64,000 nucleotides of DNA from Elusimicrobiota bacterium (GTDB taxonomy: Bacteria > Elusimicrobiota > Elusimicrobia > F11): NCBI GenBank assembly GCA_044221725.1, contig JBGAON010000002.1:416001-480000 (forward strand). Direction: 5' to 3'. A program made the position numbers and the translations under genes. The notes under the pieces are model-generated. The model made no database searches. It saw nothing but the letters and a program-made list of their open reading frames with translations, and was not told the DNA's origin. Within the stretch, counting starts at the first letter, position 1. Each line of letters starts with the position of its first letter. This document shows, piece after piece, positions 57,234 through 64,000 of this stretch.

Positions 57234-57900
57234 CGTTTTGGAGCTCCAATCGATTTCAAAAAGTTTTGGAAAACTCCAGATTCTCAATGAAATCGATTTA
57301 AAACTTGATAGTGGGGATTCGGTCGCTATTGTGGGAACATCCGGGGCCGGCAAATCCACTCTTTTGCATGTCGCGGGACTCATGGAGCCGCCAACCACTG
57401 GAAAAATTTTCCTTAACGGACGACTCACGTCCTCAATGTCGGATACTCTACGGTCGCAACAACGGCTCAACACGATTGGATTTTTGTTTCAGTTCCATTA
57501 CTTGTTGCCCGACTTGAACGTGCTTGAGAATGTAATAATTCCTTCCCGATTGGCCGGGGAAGACGTCTCCGGCGCGATGATCGAAGCGAAGATGCTACTT
57601 GACCGGCTTGGTCTTTCGAATCGGCTGACACATAAACCCCATCAGCTTTCAGGAGGGGAGCAGCAACGCGTGGGACTGGCGCGCGCGTTAATTCGTCGTC
57701 CGAAGCTGCTGCTGTGCGATGAACCCACAGGCAATCTCGATGAGCACACGGCACAATCGGTCAGCGATTTAATTTTCTCGGAAATTCATCGTGATGGCGT
57801 TGCGACTATCATTGTGACGCACAACGAAGAACTGGCCAAAAAAGCCGGAACCACGTATCATTTGTCGGACGGTAATTTCAGAAAACGAAGGAGTTCTTAA
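57226..57900 (+). CDS. lolD: lipoprotein-releasing ABC transporter ATP-binding protein
   Basis: [19 protein letters not shown] (LolD motif), [24 protein letters not shown] 57226 overlaps lolC/E. Confidence 0.92.
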   Translation: MASVLELQSISKSFGKLQILNEIDLKLDSGDSVAIVGTSGAGKSTLLHVAGLMEPPTTGKIFLNGRLTSSMSDTLRSQQRLNTIGFLFQFHYLLPDLNVLENVIIPSRLAGEDVSGAMIEAKMLLDRLGLSNRLTHKPHQLSGGEQQRVGLARALIRRPKLLLCDEPTGNLDEHTAQSVSDLIFSEIHRDGVATIIVTHNEELAKKAGTTYHLSDGNFRKRRSS

Positions 57901-57903
57901 GGA

Positions 57904-58782
57904 ATGTCGGATCCCAAAATATACATCGATGGAAAATGGTTGTCGAAAAGAGACGCCAAAGTTTCCGTTTTCGATCACGGGCTCTTGTACGGCGATGGCG
58001 TGTTCGAGGGGATTCGCGCCTATCATGGGCATGTCTTCCGATTGGAACAACACCTGCGACGGCTCGAGCGTTCGGCTTCGCTCATCTCGTTAAAAATCCC
58101 GCTTACCATAAGCGATTTAGCAGCAATTGTTCGAACAGCTATTAAGAAAAATGGATTGCAGGACGCCTACATTCGTTTGTTGATAACGCGCGGTGTGGGC
58201 GACCTTGGTCTTGATCCACGAGCGTGCCCTCGGCCCTCCGTGATTGTGATCGCTGACAAACTACGCCTTTTCCCAGCCGAATGTTACGAGAACGGACTAT
58301 CGGCGGTGTTTGCGAAGACGCGTCGCAATTTGACCGCGGCGCTCGACCCAAGCATCAAGTCAATGAACTACCTGAACAATATCTTGGCTAAGATTGAAGC
58401 AGTTCGGAAGAACGTGCCCGAAGCGTTGATGCTTAATGTGAACGGTCACGTGTCCGAATGTACCGGTGACAATGTGTTTTTCGTGAAGGGGAACACCGTT
58501 GTCACCCCGCCCACCTCCGCCGGGGTGCTTGTCGGTATCACGCGCGCTGTGGTTTTTGAAATCATCAAGAAACACACCACGTTCAAACTGAAAGAACAAT
58601 TGTTCTATCCCCGAAGTCTGTTTGACGCGGACGAAGTGTTTTTTACCGGAACGGCCGCCGAGATCATCCCCGTCACGAAGATCGACGGTCGCAAGATTGG
58701 AAAAGGACGACCCGGGCCGGCGACCATACATTTGATAAATCTCTTCAAACAGCTCGTGCGCCATGAGGCGGACAATTCGTAG
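57904..58782 (+). CDS. ilvE: branched-chain amino acid aminotransferase
   Basis: DHGLLYGDGVFEGIR, IKSMNY (PLP lysine), ECTGDNVF, L.GITR, EVFFTGTAAE. Confidence 0.95.
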   Translation: MSDPKIYIDGKWLSKRDAKVSVFDHGLLYGDGVFEGIRAYHGHVFRLEQHLRRLERSASLISLKIPLTISDLAAIVRTAIKKNGLQDAYIRLLITRGVGDLGLDPRACPRPSVIVIADKLRLFPAECYENGLSAVFAKTRRNLTAALDPSIKSMNYLNNILAKIEAVRKNVPEALMLNVNGHVSECTGDNVFFVKGNTVVTPPTSAGVLVGITRAVVFEIIKKHTTFKLKEQLFYPRSLFDADEVFFTGTAAEIIPVTKIDGRKIGKGRPGPATIHLINLFKQLVRHEADNS

Positions 58783-58787
58783 GTCGT

Positions 58788-59354
58788 ATGATCTGCTCGG
58801 AATGCAAAACAAAAGAAGCAAGTTTTCATTTCCGCGGCCTCATTAATGGCGCCAATGTTAATCTCGAACTTTGCGAAAGTTGTGCGAAAAAAAAAGGCCT
58901 CAATCTCGATATTCTAAATTCAACGGCCGACGAAATCTTTACGGCGCCGTTCAGTTTCCCTACCCAAGTCGCTCCCGCGTTTAACGAATTGTTTGACGTG
59001 TTAACAAACTGGCACTCGAAATTGGGATCCGCTCCGGTCAACAAGTCCGCTTGCCCGGCGTGCCATTGGACTTTGGCTCAATTCAAGAAATCCGGTCGAA
59101 TGGGATGTTCGGAGTGTTATCTTCATTTCCATGACGAAACCGAAAATTTTCTCGTAAAAATTCATGGTAGCACGTCCCACAAAGGGAAGAAGGCGCCTGC
59201 CGAGGTTGCGAAAATGAAAATAAAAGACCGCGAGAAGATGATTGCTAGCTTGCGACTCGAGTTGCAGCAGGCGATTTCTAAAGAACAATACGAGTTAGCG
59301 GCGAAGCTACGCGACAAAATCGTGGAGTTCGAGAAAAAATATGAGCAAAAGTGA
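58788..59354 (+). CDS. mcsA: McsA (UvrB/UvrC-motif, zinc-finger McsB activator)
   Basis: Four CxxC motifs (CSEC, CESC, CPAC, CSEC), GRMGC, IHG..H.GK, C-terminal UVR motif E.YE.AA.LRD.I. Confidence 0.92.
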   Translation: MICSECKTKEASFHFRGLINGANVNLELCESCAKKKGLNLDILNSTADEIFTAPFSFPTQVAPAFNELFDVLTNWHSKLGSAPVNKSACPACHWTLAQFKKSGRMGCSECYLHFHDETENFLVKIHGSTSHKGKKAPAEVAKMKIKDREKMIASLRLELQQAISKEQYELAAKLRDKIVEFEKKYEQK

Positions 59355-60408
59355 TTTCACTCCGTGGGCTTCGGCGCCGCCGAGTTGGATCACCGCCGGC
59401 GGCGATGATTTTGACGGAATCGTTCTCTCCTCGCGCGTCCGAATCGCGCGAAATTTGCTTGGCGTTTCGTTTCCGCACCACGCGAGCGCTTCGCAGCAGA
59501 AGAAAACGCTCGAGAATATAACGGAAGCTGTTCGAAGCTCGCCGACCATGGACAAAAACAGCGTGTTCCGGCTAAACCAGCTAAGCGCACTTGATCGTTT
59601 GTTTCTCATGGAGCGCCAACTGATCTCTCACGAACATGCCGAGAAAGAAGGGGACGTTGGGCTCGTGGTGGGCTCCGGCGAAACAACGTCGGTCATGATC
59701 AACGAAGAAGACCATATTCGAGCCGCGTGTTTTCGTCCGGGGTTGGCCCTCACCGAGGCGTGGGAAACCTTGTCGCGGCTGGACGACGATTTGGCCGGAA
59801 GACTTGCGTTTTCTTATAACGCGCAGCTTGGTTACGTCACTGCCTGCCCAACCAACATGGGGACTGGGTTCCGCGCTTCTTGTCTGCTTCACCTGCCGGC
59901 GCTGGTTATGACCGGGAAAATCCAGCACGTAATTAACGAACTTGCTCAGTACGGATTAACGGCACGTGGCTTCTACGGAGAAGGAACCATGGCGCTCGGA
60001 GATCTTTTTCAAATTTCAAACGTAAGAACTTTGGGGGAATCGGAGTCACAATTAATAAAGGAAGTGGAGCAAGCGGTGAAAGAAATCTGTCTCCGTGAGA
60101 AGCAAGAACACCAGAATATCCAAGAGTCGAACTTGAAATTGCGGGCCGAAGATCTCATTTCACGATCGTTTGGAACGTTGCAGTGGGCACGGACGTTAAA
60201 CCTGGCCGAAGGAATGAAGCATGTTTCGCTTGTCCGGCTGGGACTTAAGTTGCGCAAGCAGTTGCCGCTCAAGATGGACAAAGTTACGAGTTTCTTTTTC
60301 CTTTCCCAGCCAGTTCATCTTCAAATTCGTTCTCCACGAAGCCGGACCCCGGTGTCGGTTGAGTCGATTCGCGCCGATTATTTTCGCGGAGAATTAAAAA
60401 ATGATTGA
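59341..60408 (+). CDS. mcsB: protein arginine kinase McsB
   Basis: LSSRVRIARN, ER.LIS, MINEEDH.R, GY.TACPTN.GTG.RAS..LHLPAL, RG.YGEG, FQISN..TLG.SE; lies between mcsA and clpC. Confidence 0.92.
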   Translation: MSKSDFTPWASAPPSWITAGGDDFDGIVLSSRVRIARNLLGVSFPHHASASQQKKTLENITEAVRSSPTMDKNSVFRLNQLSALDRLFLMERQLISHEHAEKEGDVGLVVGSGETTSVMINEEDHIRAACFRPGLALTEAWETLSRLDDDLAGRLAFSYNAQLGYVTACPTNMGTGFRASCLLHLPALVMTGKIQHVINELAQYGLTARGFYGEGTMALGDLFQISNVRTLGESESQLIKEVEQAVKEICLREKQEHQNIQESNLKLRAEDLISRSFGTLQWARTLNLAEGMKHVSLVRLGLKLRKQLPLKMDKVTSFFFLSQPVHLQIRSPRSRTPVSVESIRADYFRGELKND

Positions 60409-60527
60409 CCGGGATTTAAAAACATGGCGATTTTTCAATTCGTTGGTTAAACTAGCGACGAGTATGGGAAATAGATAACATTTCCGTCTTAAAACTTCGC
60501 TTGAAATAATAAGGAGGAACACCTCGG

Positions 60528-63011
60528 ATGTCCAACCGGTTCACAGAGAGAGCCCAGCGCGTCATTCTCATTGCGCAAGAAGAAGCCAAACGGTTGAACC
60601 ATGATTACGTCGGTACCGAGCATTTGCTTTTGGGATTGATTGCGCTCGGTGAAGGCGTTGCAGCTCAAGTTCTTGCAAACCTGGGCGTGGACCTGCGACG
60701 TGTGCGCAGCGAGATTGAAAAGATTGTCGGCACCGGTGATAACGTGATGCTGCTCGGCGAAATTCCGTTTACACCGCGAGCGAAAAAAGTTTTGGAATTG
60801 GCCGTGGAAGAAGCGCAGAACATGGGCCACAACTATGTGGGCACCGAGCATTTGCTTTTGGGGCTCATCCGAGAAGAAGAAGGTGTTGCGGCTCGCGTGT
60901 TGGAGAATCTCGGCGTTCGTTTGGATGTGGTTCGTGAAGAAGTAATTTCACTCCTGGGAGAAGGGCAGCCTCATCAGGCGCAGCAAACACAATCCGGCGG
61001 CAGTGCGTCCTCCTCAAAACCGAAATCGAAAACGCCGACACTCGATGAATTTGGTCGCGATTTAACCGTTCTTGCCAAAGAGAAGAAGTCGGACCCCGTC
61101 ATTGGCCGAGCCGATGAAATTACGCGTCTCATTCAGATCCTTGCTCGCCGAACGAAAAATAATCCGGTCCTCATTGGTGATCCTGGTGTGGGAAAAACGG
61201 CGATTGTGGAGGGACTCGCGCAGAAAATTGCGTCCGGCGATATTCCGGAAGTTCTCCAAGGCCGCCGCGTAATGACGCTCGACCTGGCTGCGGTTGTCGC
61301 CGGCACGAAGTACCGCGGCGAATTCGAACAGCGCTTAAAGAACATCATGGAAGAAATCCGCCGTGCAAAAAATCAGATCATCCTTTTTATCGATGAGCTG
61401 CACACCGTGATTGGTGCCGGCGCCGCCGAAGGTGCCATCGATGCATCAAATATGCTGAAGCCTGCGCTCGCGCGCGGTGAACTACAGTGCATCGGTGCAA
61501 CCACGCTCGACGAATACCGCCGTCATATTGAACACGACGCAGCGCTCGAACGACGTTTCCAACCGATACAGGTGGATCCACCCAGCATCGAGGACACCAT
61601 CAAAATTCTTATGGGGCTGCGAGAGAAATACGAAAGCCATCACAAAGTGAAATATTCGGACGAGGCAATGAAAGCGGCCGCAGAACTCGCGGAACGTTAC
61701 ATTACCGATCGATTCTTGCCGGACAAAGCAATTGACTTAATCGACGAGGCGGGCAGCCGTGCACGTCTTCAAATATCGACGATGCCAAAAAGCATCAAAG
61801 ATCGTGAAGGCGAGCTTGAGAGTTTGACGAAAGACAAAGACGGAGCCATCGCTTCTCAGGAATATGAAAAAGCAGCGCGCCTGCGTGACTCCGAAAAGGA
61901 ACTGAAGAAATCAATCGAAGAGCAAAAAAAGAAATGGCGCGCGAGTCGTGAAGAAACGATCCCGACCATTTCGGGAGAAGATATCGCCAGTGTGGTGTCT
62001 ATGTGGACGGGTATTCCGGTCAACAAGCTGACCGAGAAAGAATCCGACAAGTTGCTGCACATGGAAGACGCGCTGCACAACCGCGTCATCGGACAAGAAG
62101 AAGCGATTCGCAGTATTTCGCAAGCGATTCGCCGCTCGCGAACGGGTCTTAAAGATCCGAAGAAACCGGTCGGTAGCTTCATTTTTCTTGGTCCCACCGG
62201 CGTTGGTAAAACGGAGCTTGCGCGTGCGCTTGCTGAGTTTTTGTTTGGCAACGAGGAAGCGCTGATTCGTATCGACATGTCCGAATACATGGAGAAGTTT
62301 TCCGTGTCACGCCTTATTGGTGCGCCCCCGGGCTATGTTGGTTACGAGGAAGGTGGGCAACTTACCGAAGCCGTGCGACGCAAACCTTATTCGGTTGTGT
62401 TGCTCGATGAAATCGAGAAAGCGCACCCCGACACGTTCAATATTTTGTTGCAGATCATGGACGATGGTCACGTGACCGACAATCTCGGGCACAAGGTGAG
62501 TTTCAAGAACACCGTAGTGATCATGACATCGAACGTCGGAGCGCGCCTCATTTCGAAAGGGAAATCGTTGGGATTCGTTTCGAGTGAAGACGTGGATCGC
62601 GATTACAAATCGATGAAAGACACCGTGATGGAAGAGGTGAAACGCCACTTCAATCCCGAATTCTTAAACCGAATTGATGACATCATCGTGTTCCATCCGC
62701 TGGTTCGGGACGACGCAAAGAAAATTCTCGATATTATTTTGGATAGAGTTTCGAAGAAGTTGGCCAACCAAGACATTGTGCCAACGCTGACCGATGAAGC
62801 GAAAGACTTCCTTGTGTCGGAGGGTTTCGATCCGAACTACGGAGCTCGACCATTGGTGCGCACGATTCAGCGTCATCTCGAAGACCCGATGGCGGAAGAA
62901 ATCCTGGCAAAAAGATTAACCACTGGCGGGAAAGTGTACGTGGATTACGATCCCGATGCGAAAAAGCTCGTGTTTAGTCCAGCGCCGGTGAAAAGACCTG
63001 TCCGTAGCTAA
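60528..63011 (+). CDS. clpC: ATP-dependent Clp protease ATP-binding subunit ClpC
   Basis: Duplicated Clp-N (GTEHLLLGL twice), [17 protein letters not shown]-domain, [17 protein letters not shown], ClpP-binding LGF loop; SD AAGGAGG. Confidence 0.97.
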   Translation: MSNRFTERAQRVILIAQEEAKRLNHDYVGTEHLLLGLIALGEGVAAQVLANLGVDLRRVRSEIEKIVGTGDNVMLLGEIPFTPRAKKVLELAVEEAQNMGHNYVGTEHLLLGLIREEEGVAARVLENLGVRLDVVREEVISLLGEGQPHQAQQTQSGGSASSSKPKSKTPTLDEFGRDLTVLAKEKKSDPVIGRADEITRLIQILARRTKNNPVLIGDPGVGKTAIVEGLAQKIASGDIPEVLQGRRVMTLDLAAVVAGTKYRGEFEQRLKNIMEEIRRAKNQIILFIDELHTVIGAGAAEGAIDASNMLKPALARGELQCIGATTLDEYRRHIEHDAALERRFQPIQVDPPSIEDTIKILMGLREKYESHHKVKYSDEAMKAAAELAERYITDRFLPDKAIDLIDEAGSRARLQISTMPKSIKDREGELESLTKDKDGAIASQEYEKAARLRDSEKELKKSIEEQKKKWRASREETIPTISGEDIASVVSMWTGIPVNKLTEKESDKLLHMEDALHNRVIGQEEAIRSISQAIRRSRTGLKDPKKPVGSFIFLGPTGVGKTELARALAEFLFGNEEALIRIDMSEYMEKFSVSRLIGAPPGYVGYEEGGQLTEAVRRKPYSVVLLDEIEKAHPDTFNILLQIMDDGHVTDNLGHKVSFKNTVVIMTSNVGARLISKGKSLGFVSSEDVDRDYKSMKDTVMEEVKRHFNPEFLNRIDDIIVFHPLVRDDAKKILDIILDRVSKKLANQDIVPTLTDEAKDFLVSEGFDPNYGARPLVRTIQRHLEDPMAEEILAKRLTTGGKVYVDYDPDAKKLVFSPAPVKRPVRS

Positions 63012-63039
63012 CGGTTAAAAATCTTAAATGAGAGTTAGT

Positions 63040-63085
63040 AAGGGGTTTTGGCCACACTTGCGCGGCCAAAACCCCTTTTATTTTT
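63040..63085 (+). terminator. intrinsic terminator after clpC
   Basis: AAGGGGTTTTGGCC-loop-GGCCAAAACCCCTT followed by TTATTTTT. Confidence 0.85.
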
Positions 63086-63086
63086 C

Positions 63087-64000
63087 ATGAAGAAGTTGAG
63101 CCGCGCGACCTCTGTTTCGTTCGCTATCGCCGCTATCTGCTGTTCCACGTGGATCGGTGCCCACTTGCTTTTATGTTGGAAAGCGGGACCCCGGATTGAG
63201 CGAATGCTGAAAGATCGCTATCGGATCGATATTCGTGTCCAAAAGATTCGCACCAATTTTTTGGGATCGTTGGTCGCTACAACCGACTGGGGAAAAATTC
63301 AAATCCGAGGTAAGGTGTTGCCGCAACCGGGCCTTCCGTGGACCGTTACGTTTCACACGAAAGAAATCAAAGCTGAAATTCCGCTGCACCAACTTTCGGA
63401 GCGTTTCCCGAAGATTCCTGACCTTAAGGGGGCCGTGTCTGCCGACGGAACGCTCGGGGGAATTCTGCGACCCAAGCCAATTCTTCAACACTGGAGCATT
63501 CGCGCTCATACCGAGCGCATGGTCTGGAAGCAGAACGATATGCTAATTCCGTTCTCTGCGGAAGTGGTTTTGTCTCCGGAACAAATTCGTTTGGTTTCCG
63601 TAAAAATTCGATCGGCCGTCTTTGTTAAAGGAAATATTGAAACGCCTTGGACCAATCCTCACGTCATGTTAACGGCGCGAGCGAACAAAGCATCAATATC
63701 GAAACTCCTAACTGCGTTTTCTCAAGACGCCTCGAAAAGCTTGGCTGGCGGCACGATTTCGTTTTTGTGCGAAATAAAGGGAAGCCTTACCAATCCATCG
63801 GTCAAAGGAAACGTTTCTCTCAATCCGATCTATGGCAAAGTGGTGATTCCATCGCTCGAGGGAACATTTTCGGTTGAAGACAAAAAACTTTTGGCCTCCG
63901 CCGATTTTTCCAAGGGCCGTGTCGAAGTCACCAGACAATTTTCCGGAAATGATTTCGCTGTGTGGTCGGTGGCGATGTCCGATGTGTCGCTTGCGAAAGC
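63087..64000 (+). CDS. AsmA/TamB-like protein, N-terminal part (runs off the window)
   Basis: Open frame from ATG 63087 to the window end (MKKLSRATSVSFAIAAICC...), N-terminal TM, then beta-rich segments such as IKGSLTNPSVKG. Absent from the ORF track because there is no stop codon in the window. Confidence 0.55.
   Translation, partial: MKKLSRATSVSFAIAAICCSTWIGAHLLLCWKAGPRIERMLKDRYRIDIRVQKIRTNFLGSLVATTDWGKIQIRGKVLPQPGLPWTVTFHTKEIKAEIPLHQLSERFPKIPDLKGAVSADGTLGGILRPKPILQHWSIRAHTERMVWKQNDMLIPFSAEVVLSPEQIRLVSVKIRSAVFVKGNIETPWTNPHVMLTARANKASISKLLTAFSQDASKSLAGGTISFLCEIKGSLTNPSVKGNVSLNPIYGKVVIPSLEGTFSVEDKKLLASADFSKGRVEVTRQFSGNDFAVWSVAMSDVSLAK

Noticed and set aside
60454..60501. Hairpin (GGAAAT/ATTTCC) in the clpC leader as an RNA thermometer or heat-shock operator
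   Set aside because: The stem is short, does not cover the SD, and does not match CIRCE or CtsR boxes.
60612..60863. 20-nt direct repeat ACCGAGCATTTGCTTTTGGG in clpC
   Set aside because: It encodes the duplicated Clp-N motif TEHLLLG; a known domain duplication, not a DNA element.
1..64000. CRISPR arrays, IS elements, prophage or defence genes, rRNA
   Set aside because: No repeat-spacer periodicity, transposase, integrase, phage or rRNA-like sequence was seen by eye.

Overview
This is a gene-dense, mostly core-chromosome segment from a diderm bacterium (it has LptE, Lnt, LolC/E-LolD, TolQR/ExbBD-like genes, a GT9 and a TamB/AsmA-like gene) with moderate GC. The gene order (leuS-lptE-holA/rpsT-murJ; secA-lnt-prfB-RR-lysS-lolCE-lolD-ilvE-mcsA-mcsB-clpC) suggests Elusimicrobiota or a PVC-adjacent lineage; this is inference only. 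The window holds about 58 CDS and one tRNA-Asn(GTT). prfB carries the classic +1 programmed frameshift, which the ORF track misses. I found no CRISPR array, integrase, transposase or rRNA. An accessory-looking block flanks the tRNA (SGNH protein, KaiC-like ATPase plus pseudo-receiver histidine kinase, atypical CLC, NDH-2, DEAD helicase, GT-C type membrane proteins, diguanylate cyclase). The most notable observations are: (1) at least 11 genes with a TANNNT -10 box 6-9 nt before an ATG and no SD, suggesting widespread leaderless mRNAs; (2) a large secreted NHL-propeller/FN3/transglutaminase-like/TPR protein with a small secreted partner and an upstream unannotated 60-aa ORF, the best candidate for an undescribed system; (3) a KaiC-like ATPase coupled to a pseudo-receiver kinase without kaiA/kaiB; (4) several degenerate or variant proteins (CLC filter, CysC-like pseudokinase, UvrC without HhH, GGDEF-fold protein without the motif); (5) a heptamer-repeat palindrome between lysS and lolC/E. 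All family calls come from motif recognition by eye, with no database searches. Start codons were revised from the ORF track where SD, overlap or domain evidence supported it.
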